Assembly (NCBI GenBank): GCA_030295235.1
Contig: AP026137.1
Location: 372,001 to 436,000 of the forward strand
Direction: 5' to 3'
From: Fistulifera solaris
Lineage: Eukaryota
DNA: 64,000 nt
Below are positions 11,089 to 21,793 of this stretch, in pieces. Below the pieces are notes generated by a model that saw only the letters and a program-made list of their open reading frames with translations, searched no databases and was not told the origin of the DNA. Within the stretch, counting starts at the first letter, position 1; every line of letters begins with the position of its first letter. The position numbers and the translations under genes were made by a program.

Positions 11089-11412
11089 TTCATGAGTAAT
11101 TTATATGACAAATAGTACCTGTAGTAGGTGTGTTATTATCTTTGTTTGTCTTGATATAGATGCATGTCATTGCGTTTTTTAGCTGCGGTCGGCGGTGGAA
11201 AAAAATGCCCGCGCGGTATTCAAAATGGAACCGTTCCCGGTTCCCTGAGTACACTGTTGTATCGAAAATGGCGCGCACGGCGTCTCCTTGCGCGCCGGCA
11301 GGAGGACGGAGGTAAAAACGTTTTTGTTGCATCACAATACTGCAATGATTCTTCTGTTGCAGTTACAATCACTTTCTTTTTATACCTTCCTTTCCAAACA
11401 AATAGCATCATC

Positions 11413-13950
11413 ATGGCCGAAGCCGTGTCGATCGCCCTTTCTCCTCAATACGACAAAGATGAAGGAACGTTTATTTTTGCTGACTTGAATCATCTTTGAC
11501 GTGTCTCTCTCACAAACGCTCTATCTCTCTTTAGAAACCTTTTTACGATTCTTGCGCGAACATACGATTTTGCAGCTTCAAACGCACGGGACGATTGTCG
11601 ATACTGCGAATCATGAAGAGGACGAAGATATGATGGTACCGACGTCCGAGGATGACGACGAAATACGTCGGGTTCCTTGTTATTTGCCCCATTTGCAACG
11701 CATTCACGATCGTCACTTTTATGAAGAAACGGGAAATCATGCCTTTGTCATTGAAGTCCCGCTCGATGAATTGGACGCATGGGATAGTGTGAAAGGCAAA
11801 GAATTGGCGATTAAAGCCGCACAGAACACGGTTCGGTATCTGGAACTCTTTGCCAAAGTTGTCGATACTTTGTTGAACACATTGACATCGCATCGCAATG
11901 CGCAAACCCGCGATGCCATTGATATCTTACACGATCAACGTCTCCAAGTGGTGCAACAGAATCAACAACAACAAGAAAACAATCCCTATCAAAACAATAA
12001 TAATATTGAAAATGAGAATCTGCAAGAAGAACTGCAACAACAACGACCCGATCACGGTATCACGGAAGAATTCCCTCCTACCTTGATGCGACGCTACGAA
12101 ATTCGCATCCTACCACGCGGTCGGAACGGTACGTTGCCGCCGTTTGCACAGCAAGTCGTTCCGAAGGATCGAACTGCGACAGCCACCGCCAATTCGTTGC
12201 GCGAAATTCGATCGCACGCCATGGGTCATTTGGTCACCGTGCAAGGTTTGATTGTGCGCGCGAGTCACGTCCAACCGTCCGTGGCCGTCGCGACGTATTC
12301 GTGCGATGCGTGTGGCGCGGAAATTTATCAAGTGGTACAAAATGCCCGCGAATTCATGCCCGCCGTACGCTGTCCCAGTTGCAAATCCAAACACGAAACC
12401 TTGCATTTGCAGACGCGCGGTTCGAAGTTTGTCAAATATCAAGAATTGAAATTGCAAGAATTGCCGCAACAAGTTCCTATGGGACATGTGCCGCGGAGTA
12501 TGAGTGTGTATTGTCACGGAGAGTTGACGCGATTGGCGCAACCGGGCAACGTGGTGACGATCGACGGGATTTTCTTGCCGCAACGGATTGCCGAATCGGG
12601 GTACCGCGCCTTGAAGGCGGGGTTGGTGTCGACAACGTTCTTGCAGGCACAGAATATTGTCGTGCATCAAAAGTCGTTGGATGAAGTGGATCAACAATTG
12701 AATGAAGAAATGGAAGAACAAATTCAGGAAATTGCGCAAAGCCCGGATCCCGTCGAACTGTTGGCGTCACAAATTGCGCCGGAAATCTTTGGTCTGGAAG
12801 ATATCAAGCGGGCGTTGTTATTGCAGTTGGTCGGTGGATGTACCCGTAAATTACCGGATGGAATGCGGATTCGTGGCGATATTCATATTTGTCTGGTGGG
12901 AGATCCGGGTGTGGCCAAATCGCAATTGATGAAACACGTGGTGCAATCGTTGGCTCCGCGGAGTGTCTATACGACCGGGAAAGGGTCTTCGGGAGTGGGT
13001 TTGACGGCGGCCATTACCAAGGATTTGAGCAACGAGTTGGCGCTCGAAGGGGGTGCACTGGTGTTGGCGGATCGTGGAATTTGTGGGATTGATGAATTCG
13101 ACAAAATGGACGAGGCGGATCGGACCGCTATTCACGAAGTGATGGAACAGCAGACGGTCAGTATCGCCAAAGCGGGGATTGTGGCCACGTTGAATGCGCG
13201 CACGGCGGTCCTCGCCGCGGCCAATCCCTTGTATGGTCGGTATCATCGCAAAAGTCCTTGTCCGAGAACATCAATCTACCCAACTCGCTGATTAGTCGAT
13301 TTGATTTGGTGTTCTTGTTGTTGGATGTAGCGAATATTGATCGAGACACGGCACTGGCCCGACACGTCACTTCGGTACATCAAAATTGCGGAGTCAATGC
13401 AACGGACGATGATGAAGAGGAAAAGAAGACGATTCCTCCTCATGTTCTGCGCGAATATATTGCTCGCGCTCGCCAGCATCAACCCGTTATGCCCCCGGAC
13501 GTGGCACCCTATGTCGTCGAAGCCTACGTGACTTTGCGACAAGAGAACCACCGCAGTCAGAAAACGAGCAATGACCAGACTGCCATGACCGCCCGTCAGT
13601 TGCTATCTATTCTAAGATTGAGTCAAGCCTTGGCTAGGCTTCGATTTTCGGATTACGTTGCGAGGGAAGATGTCGACGAAGCCATTCGCATTACGAACCA
13701 AAGCAAGGCCAGTATTTCCGATGACGATGATAAGACGCGTCGAACCAGTGATGTTACATCCCGCATCTTCGGGATTATCAAAGATTATGCAGCGCAAGTG
13801 GATAGCAACGTCATTGAATTCAAGTTGTGGGAAGCCATGGCCTTACGAAAAGGCTTCACGACACAGCAGCTACAAGCGACCCTGGAGGAATATGAATCTT
13901 TGAATTTAATTCATATCAATGACTCGCGAACGCAAGTGACTATCTTTTAA
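11413..13950 (+). CDS. MCM7: DNA replication licensing factor MCM7; first intron probably 11465-11534; homopolymer frameshift at ~13250
   Basis: Motifs LMRRYE, LQTRGSKFVKYQELKLQE..QVPMGHVPRS, Walker A GDPGVAKSQL, IDEFDKM, SRFD and TARQLLSILRLS. Confidence 0.95.
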
Positions 13951-14686
13951 GGCTAAGAGCCCACCGGCGGTGCCATAATTTCCAATGCAACAAAGTAATC
14001 GATACCAACGGTCACTTCAATGCGGATGAATTAACGCTTCTTCTTTCAGTAAATAGATCGTTTTCGCTACTAATAGGATCTTCTAGTAAGACTTGCTATA
14101 TGTTATCCGCGGCGATGACAATGCAAAACACTATTCTCTACAATGAGCAATCATCAATCACCCTAGACTTTCACGACAGCTTTTCAGTCACGAGGTCGTC
14201 AAAGCGCTTGTGAAACGGACCGCAGTCTACTTCTCTGTTGCACGAATTGATTCTGTGGCCAGATTCTTGCTAGTTGCTTTAGACTCATTACGTTAGTCGT
14301 AGGTACGCCATTCAAGATTTGTAAGGCCTACGATAAACTGGAAAGCACCGAGCACCCAGAATTTAGCGTAAGCCTGAACAAGATTTTTACTTCAACTACT
14401 ATGATCACTATAAGTGATTGTATGGAATAAAAAAGATCGTATTTAAACTGCCTTCTTGTATATTGACTACATTTCGCTCGCCGTGCTAGTTTCAAAGTGC
14501 AAGTAGATTTCGGCACGACTGTTTCAGTCACGATGGATCTGGCTGTCGTAAGTCGATGTTCGTCCACACGTCTCGGTCTCGCGCGCCATCACTTTTTTCT
14601 TTTTTTGTCGCGCCGACAAAACGAGTAATAATAAACAGCCAACGATAAAAGAAAGGGACAGGAACCACTTCTTCTTCTACAACCAG

Positions 14687-15640
14687 ATGAAGTTTGCAAG
14701 AATTTCTCGGCTCGTTTCGCTGGTTGGCACCTTCTCAGGAACATCCGCCTTTTATCCATGTGTGCTTTCACGTCCCGCCTTCGCGTTCCGACCATTTTCG
14801 ACACAATACATGTCCTCATGGTACGCTGACGAAGCGATAGCGCGGCATCATCTCATAAATGGACGTCTAAATTGCGTTGAAATAAAAATCAATTTACCTA
14901 AAATTGGGATGGTAACATTACTTGAAGCAACAGCGGCTACACAAGATGTATTAGTGGAGTTGGCCATTAAGGATGACACGGAACAACTACCCAGTGGCGA
15001 TCCTTACGGAGCTGTTCTATGGCCAGCGTCGTTAGTAATCGCGTCACGACTTCTTGACTTTGTGCCTGGAAAGAGTGTACTGGAACTAGGGGCCGGAACG
15101 GGGTTGGTTTCGCTGGCTGCCGCGTTGGGAGGAGCGAAATCGGTTTTGGCTACCGATTACGAATCTTTACCGTTAACAATACTGGAATATTCCGCCAGAG
15201 AACTCAATCAAATACCAGTAGGCCGCGGGTCTATGCTAGATACCGCCTTCCTGGACCTCTGTGATTTGCGAAAACCCTTACCGGCAGCGGATGTGGTAGT
15301 TGCTGCCGATGTCATGTACGAGCCAGCGACAGGGAAAGCATTGGCTCATCGTGTACTGGAGGCAATGGCCGCCGGTTCTCGTGTTTTAGTAGGAGATAGC
15401 CCCGGTCGTGCTGGGCGTCCGGCTTTCTTGGAAGAGTTGCGTCGTTGGGGCGTCGAAGCATCGTTTGTCGACACACTGGGCTCGACGGTCCAAGGTGAGC
15501 GAAACGATCTTATATGTGGCCCGGATTCACCAACCGTTTCAACTGTATCAAAAGACTTGATTGTGGCGGTGATGGACCTTCTTCCGGAACACCATCAATC
15601 CGCGATCACGGATTTTCGAACGAAAAAGTCGTGCCTTTGA
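14687..15640 (+). CDS. Class I SAM-dependent protein-lysine methyltransferase (METTL21/ETFBKMT-like) with an organelle presequence
   Basis: Motifs DPYGAVLWPAS, VLELGAGTGLVSL, ATD and VVAADVMYE. N-terminus contains TSA-F. Confidence 0.85.
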   Translation: MKFARISRLVSLVGTFSGTSAFYPCVLSRPAFAFRPFSTQYMSSWYADEAIARHHLINGRLNCVEIKINLPKIGMVTLLEATAATQDVLVELAIKDDTEQLPSGDPYGAVLWPASLVIASRLLDFVPGKSVLELGAGTGLVSLAAALGGAKSVLATDYESLPLTILEYSARELNQIPVGRGSMLDTAFLDLCDLRKPLPAADVVVAADVMYEPATGKALAHRVLEAMAAGSRVLVGDSPGRAGRPAFLEELRRWGVEASFVDTLGSTVQGERNDLICGPDSPTVSTVSKDLIVAVMDLLPEHHQSAITDFRTKKSCL

Positions 15641-15679
15641 AATAACGACTCGCACCGCCAGTACAAACAAGGGGTTTTG

Positions 15680-17030
15680 ATACTCAGCACTCAGCACTTC
15701 TGGTTCGACTTTTATGACGACATGATAGAATAACAACGTCAATTCAATTGCAGAATATCAAATAATGGACAACTTCTTTCACTGCGTTTGGGTTGACGAG
15801 GGTACCTGGTATTGTAAGGTCAAAGAGTAAAGGGTGAAAAGGACACTCAAGTTTATTGTAGACTGACTAGTTTTATCTACAAAGAGAAAGCAATCACTGG
15901 TCACTGGATCGTGGAAGCGGATCTATGCCCTTTCTAGATCGAGATTAACTTCGAACACTAAGTGTTCACATCACACATGACGAATCACGACTCACGACAC
16001 ATCACAAATTACAACTACAAGTACAGTAAGATTCAACGCTAATCATATTCTTAGCTATAGCGATGACGTGATCACATCACACTCACACATCATGACGAAT
16101 GGGTACCGAAGCCAGTAGCCGCTTCCAACACGCACTGGCGGTAAGCGACAAGCTTAATTGAGGGAATTGGAAGCTGGGTGATTGATGATTGATGCGATTG
16201 GTGGTTGATGGGAGATGGGAGATGGGAGGGGCGACAGGCAAGAAGCAAGAGGCAAGAGACAAGGTGCAAGGTACAAGTACAAAAGGCGGAAGAGAAGGAG
16301 TTGGGAGTTGGGAGATAAAAGTCGGAACTTTGAAATGCAGATTCATTCGGAATTTTGGAAGAAAATGTGTGGTGGTGTACTCCGACTATCCTGGTTTAGA
16401 GTTTCATGTTTTCGCATTAGACTGGATAAAAACGAGCTATAAATAAAAATATTTATAGTGGAAGTAGGTATGAAATGGATAATTCTTCCTAAATACTTAT
16501 CTACTATTGGAAACTCTAGGAATAAGAATGCTTACTTATTTCTTTTTTCGCAGTTCAATGTTCTGGTGTGCCTTTTTCTCGTACAGTATGTATTTTTTTG
16601 TCTTTTGTGGTTTTGTCGAGCAGAGGATGCGGGAGGCGGGAGGCGGGAGGCGGGATGCTGGATGCTACAAAAAGCACAGAGCACTGACTCCGTCCCTTCT
16701 CCCTTCAAGCTTTTGATCGATGATCCAAGGGGAATCTGAATCTAATATCTAATGGTCTAATGGTTGATCGTTGATAGCGTACTGTACAGAAGCTCTAAGG
16801 TTCCATGTTTCATGTGCTATGTGCTATGTGCTATGCGCTATGCTCCACGCGCCACGCACCACGCACCAAAAGTAGCTAAAAGCTAAGAGGAAGAGTGAAC
16901 AGTGAACAGTGAATACATAAAGCAATAAGGTAATACTCCGTATTGTACAAGCACGAACATAGGCTCTCATTCAGTTATAGACGACTCCTCCTAAATCCTA
17001 GACTACCTCCGTCCTCCGTACTTGTACCTC
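15680..17030. repeat. Tract of drifting 7-bp tandem duplications
   Basis: Examples: GATGGGA x3 (16207), GCGGGAG x3 (~16629), GTGCTAT x3 (~16814) and AGTGAAC x2+ (~16894), among many other heptamer pairs. Confidence 0.85.
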
Positions 17031-17158
17031 CCTTTCAAAGAAACAAAGAGAAGTCTATTATTTCGTAGCTTTTTAAATTTCTGAACGCGTGCGCATTCTC
17101 GATCAAACGAATTCGGCTACCGACCAGCTTCTCTTCATCGCCAAACATCCGTTTTGCC

Positions 17159-18364
17159 ATGAGCTATGGACTGCACTATCCCCTGTGGTTGCTCCACAGG
17201 CGATTTCCTTTCATCTTCTTAATCCTGATATCGTTTCACGCATTTCTCTCGACTTCGTTTCTCGCCAAGCTCTCGAGGGACTACCATTTGCACCTCTTCC
17301 GCTACGAGCCTACTCCGCAAGCTCTCGACCCGACCAGCTCCTTTTCCGCATGCTTATTGGTCAAAGATGACAATGCTATTTTAAGTGAATGGATCGCGTA
17401 TCATTACCATGTTCTGCGACTTCGGCGACTGATCGTCGCTGTCGATCCCACCAGCACAGAATCACCAAGCGAGATCTTAGAACGATACAATCGACTGACG
17501 GATCTTGAAATCATTCAATGGAAAGACGAAGATTATCTGAGTCCCGATTTCCTCCGCAAGCATCAGCCCGTAGAACCGTTCCTGCGGAGAGGGTCCGCCG
17601 ATAACTACTTGTCTCCCGAAAAGATGCGACAAGTCGCGACTCATCGCTACCGACAAAGTGCATTTTTCGCCGCTTGTTTGAAGGAAATGAAAGTGCGGGG
17701 AAGCTCGTACGTCATTCACATCGACACGGACGAATTTGTGACGACCGAGAATCCCTTTGCCGAAGCCAACGAGGGCGATTTGCACCAAGAGAGCGCGTCG
17801 ACCGAAGATTCGGTCCTGATAAAAGTACAACGGCACATCCAAGAACACAACCACGACTATCCTTGCTATAGCGTGTTTCGCGTCCCTTATGGCTCGATCG
17901 AAAGCACGGAGGAACAAGTCAATGCTATGGTTCCACGTCACTTTGACGCCCAACAGTTCGAAACCTTGCGCTGGCGACACCACAGCAGTCCCGAAAAAAT
18001 GATGCTAATTGAACACTATCCCAAAGTGATTGTCGATGTGTCAGTTTTGCCAGCCGAACGGTTGTCGCGAGAAACGGTTTCCAGCATTCATCGTCCCTTC
18101 TGGGATATTTGTGAGCATATCCAGCAACCGGCCGAACATCCGGAGTTGTACAGAGAGCAAGCCATTGTGATTAATCATTACGTGGGAAGTTGGGAACGAT
18201 ATGGCTCCAAGAATGATGATCGACGGAACCAAGTGACGTATGAAAGTAGAGCTTCGGCGAATGAGGGCGCTTATGATGGCATTCGACCTTGGTTGCAAGA
18301 TTTTACGGATGCAATGGGTGTTGCTCGAGCCACCGCTCTTCTGGGCAGTCAATATCAACGTTGA
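17159..18364 (+). CDS. GT-A fold glycosyltransferase (GT92/GT2-like), type II membrane protein
   Basis: N-terminal TM segment; motifs FSACLLVKDDNAILSEWIAYHY, HIDTDEF (DxD), PKVIVD, SIHRP and INHYVGSWE. Confidence 0.75.
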   Translation: MSYGLHYPLWLLHRRFPFIFLILISFHAFLSTSFLAKLSRDYHLHLFRYEPTPQALDPTSSFSACLLVKDDNAILSEWIAYHYHVLRLRRLIVAVDPTSTESPSEILERYNRLTDLEIIQWKDEDYLSPDFLRKHQPVEPFLRRGSADNYLSPEKMRQVATHRYRQSAFFAACLKEMKVRGSSYVIHIDTDEFVTTENPFAEANEGDLHQESASTEDSVLIKVQRHIQEHNHDYPCYSVFRVPYGSIESTEEQVNAMVPRHFDAQQFETLRWRHHSSPEKMMLIEHYPKVIVDVSVLPAERLSRETVSSIHRPFWDICEHIQQPAEHPELYREQAIVINHYVGSWERYGSKNDDRRNQVTYESRASANEGAYDGIRPWLQDFTDAMGVARATALLGSQYQR

Positions 18365-18738
18365 ATTGGATATTTTGTTGCCGCATCACATTTTGATTCA
18401 TTTTACATGTAAATAATATGCAAAATAAAACTGGAATAAAACTCGTGCAGCAACGCTCAATACATACTTCGCACCGCGCTTCGTTTTATTTGTTTTGCGT
18501 TCAAAACTCCCCCCTCTTGACGTGCGTGACTCATGGGATTCGTGAGTGACGTCACATCGTCGGCCGCTATTTTTTCGTCGCGCGCAAACGCAAAAACGCA
18601 GAAAAATGAACGTTCGTCGAACACATTCGACGACCATGAAAACCATCCGATGTTCCGATGTTTCTCTTACACTATTCTTCGAATCCCTGCAAATAGCTCT
18701 TTACAAAACTCTTATACTTATTAAACTACGTTGCAGAG

Positions 18739-20496
18739 ATGATTTCTCACAATTGGGAACGAGTACGAAGGGAACTTCAGGAGCTCAGTCGAACGGCAAT
18801 TCCGACGCTATTGGGAATGGTCATTTCCAAAATTCCGTGGCTGGTGACGTTGCGTTTCGTCGGTCAACTGGGTGCCACCGAACTTGCGGCGGCCACCTTG
18901 GCCATGACATTACGGAATTTAACGGGATTGTCCTTGTCGGTGGGGTTGAGTTCCGCGTTGGCGACATTGACGTCTCAGTCGTGCGGTCAATTGCAAGCCA
19001 AACTGGCCGAGCGAAAGAACCAGAAACAGAAACAGACTGAAGGCGCAGATGATTTGCAATTAACTATGGAATATGAAACTGATGTCGAGACTGATGAAGT
19101 TGAGGAACGATTGGGTTTTCTAGAGAGACGCAGAGACGGCTTTATGAGCTCAAGCGCAAGGCCACGAGAGCCACTCCTCCCTTTGGTCTACTACTATCGC
19201 GGCATTTTCTTGCAGCTCGCATTTGTTGTTCCGATTCTTCTTTGGTGGTGGAAAGGTCTCCGTCGTTTTCTTGTGGCTCTGGGTCAAGAAGAACAACTGG
19301 CGGCCAAAACCGATGCGTATCTACGAATACTCGCGCCCGGTCTCATTTTCTATTCCATCAACTGGACTACTATCGTCTGGTTGCAGTCGATCGAAATGGC
19401 GTTCCTACCGGCCTATGCTTCTTGTGTTGGTGCGCTGTTTCATATTCCGCTCAACATGTTCTTTATTCATTTTATGGGATGGGGGTATCTGGGTGCCGCT
19501 GCGGCCACTACGACGTACGAACTCATCCAGCCGACATTGTTATTGGCATATACATTCGGGACACGCGCTGGATCGGACCGTGTCCTCCATAATATCGCCG
19601 CTTCGGCCGTGGACCGCTACGAACTTTCGTTCTGGCAAGAATCAACTATGGCCGTTTCGTCGTGGACGGGTGTCAAGGAATATCTTGGCCTAGCAATTCC
19701 CGGCTTGGTGTCTATATCAGAATGGTGGGCCTCGGAAACATGCATTTTCCTTTCCGGAAGACTCACTCCTTTGCCCGAGCTTACGTTGGGAGCCATGGCG
19801 TTGTTTCAGACTATCAACACCTTTTGTTTCATGCTCCCGGTATCATTCGGTATCGCGGGTGCCGCACGTGTTGGCAGTCTTTTGGGACGCAACGATCCAT
19901 GTGCGGCGTCCTTTGCCGGGTTGGTCAGTGTTGCGAGTGCGTCTTCCGTCAGCGCTCTGATTGGGATAATGCTCTTCATCATTCCCCACGGCTTCTTTCC
20001 GTCGCTCTTTGCACCCGATGAGGATGATTTGATTAAGGAGACGATGAAGACTATTCCCTTGTTGGCACTGTACGTATTCGCGGACGGAACACAAACGGCC
20101 TTGAATGGCGTGATCAAAGGTTGTGGACGACAAGCGGTTGCCATGCCCGCCGTTATTGTTTCATATTGGGTGGTCGGAGTGCCGATGGCGTATTATTTGG
20201 CGTTTGTGCGTCACCCTGGAACGGGAACTTGTGACGACGGGTATTTCTGTGGTGTAGTAGGTCTTGTCGCCGGAACAACGACAGGAACATGGCTGCACAT
20301 GATACTCTTTGGTGTTGTCGTGTTTTCATTTACAAATTGGGAAGAGCAGGCCGAAAAAGCCCAATTTCGCGTCCGAAAGGAGCTACATGCCGCTCCTACG
20401 ATGAGTTTCTCTTCCAGTGAGACGATTGAGGCTGAGGGGGATGAAGAAGTCGAACTGACAGAAGTTCCTGAAATGGAATCAAGCACTGATGGCTAA
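18739..20496 (+). CDS. MATE-family multidrug/toxin efflux transporter (a short upstream exon from ~18606 is possible)
   Basis: Motifs FVGQLGATELAAATLA, ALATLTSQSCG, EWWASE, RVGSLLG, GVIKGCGRQ and YWVVGVP; about 12 hydrophobic segments. Confidence 0.93.
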   Translation: MISHNWERVRRELQELSRTAIPTLLGMVISKIPWLVTLRFVGQLGATELAAATLAMTLRNLTGLSLSVGLSSALATLTSQSCGQLQAKLAERKNQKQKQTEGADDLQLTMEYETDVETDEVEERLGFLERRRDGFMSSSARPREPLLPLVYYYRGIFLQLAFVVPILLWWWKGLRRFLVALGQEEQLAAKTDAYLRILAPGLIFYSINWTTIVWLQSIEMAFLPAYASCVGALFHIPLNMFFIHFMGWGYLGAAAATTTYELIQPTLLLAYTFGTRAGSDRVLHNIAASAVDRYELSFWQESTMAVSSWTGVKEYLGLAIPGLVSISEWWASETCIFLSGRLTPLPELTLGAMALFQTINTFCFMLPVSFGIAGAARVGSLLGRNDPCAASFAGLVSVASASSVSALIGIMLFIIPHGFFPSLFAPDEDDLIKETMKTIPLLALYVFADGTQTALNGVIKGCGRQAVAMPAVIVSYWVVGVPMAYYLAFVRHPGTGTCDDGYFCGVVGLVAGTTTGTWLHMILFGVVVFSFTNWEEQAEKAQFRVRKELHAAPTMSFSSSETIEAEGDEEVELTEVPEMESSTDG

Positions 20497-20856
20497 TAGT
20501 GACTGATACCGATTACTGTGACATCATCATCGCGAACGAAAAAGATAGCCACTAACCTCACTATTTGAACTTCATTACGGGCCCAGTGCCCAGTCGTGGA
20601 AGAAGTCTGGGTATAATACCGGACGCACTTTCCGCCTACACAAAATAAGATACTCGTGGGTTATGGGCCTTTTCACCATTTCTCTTTGCTTTTCACGACA
20701 TCACCCATCATTCTTTGTTCTTCGTTGGAATTCTCAATAAATCGCCCATTTGACACCTCGTTTGACGGAACGAACGCCTCATAAAACATAACATCAGTCC
20801 AATTCCATAGAAATCAGTCGATTAGTAACACATTCATAAGTTTTTCGTATCAAACC

Positions 20857-21688
20857 ATGAGACGAAGAACATTAAAAAAGATCATTTATATTTTTGGCGG
20901 CGACAATCGCCGTCAGTTTACTGCTTTTAGAGCCAACAACATCTGCCGCCGTCGGTCTATTGACACGGAAGAGAGCACCTTCCATGGATAACGCAAATGT
21001 ACGACATTCCGACGGAGATCATTTCTCGCTCACTACATCTGAATACCAGACACCGATGGGCTTTCTGGCGGACGAGTTCGATGGCGTATTAGAGGGCAAC
21101 GACATTGTGGTGCCCCGGTTGCTGCGAGCCTGTAAGAAACTGGAAGAAACCATGCGATTTCTCGGGCAGACGTCTACTGCCAATGATTTTCACAGCAACG
21201 TAGAGAAAGTTGAAGAGTTGCTACAACAAGCTCCCGCGGAAAGTCGTAACACAATGTACGCTTTACTTTCGTATGAGAAGAGCCTTGGCATTCATCCACC
21301 GAGCGAAGGGTCGAAACGGCGATTGAAAGATCCCTCGGCTGCCATGGGTCTATTGTGGATTGAGCGCAGCCTTAGCTTCAATCATGCCATGTACAAGGAA
21401 GTGCTAAGAAAGGCAGAACCCGTGAAAGCGGCCATGAATGCCTATCAAACCGTCTTGGAGCCCTTTCATAGTTGGACGCTTCGGAAATTAACTACGGCCA
21501 GCATACAACATACAACTCCAGCGAGAGAGCAACTCTTTGCTCAATTAGCGGGTAATCGAGCTGAAGATCCTGTTTTGAAGGCAACGCAAAATGATCTATG
21601 CCGCTTGCTAAACAATCTGGGTCCTCTCATTCGACGGTGGCGTGAAACCTTTGAAGAGTTAGATTTAGACGACAACCGAAAGGTTTAG
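20857..21688 (+). CDS. Glycolipid transfer protein (GLTP) domain protein with an N-terminal hydrophobic segment; homopolymer frameshift at ~20875-20893
   Basis: Motifs DFHSNVEK, SAAMGLLWIERSLSF and AYQTVLEPFHSW are typical of the GLTP fold. ATG 20857 is one base out of frame with the ORF. Confidence 0.75.
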
Positions 21689-21793
21689 AAAGATTAGATT
21701 TTTGTATTCAATAGCTGAACATCTTGATAATAAGTTCATATACTACAATCAAAAACCCGTTTTTTTGCAATCTCTAATATTTGTAATTGTTGG

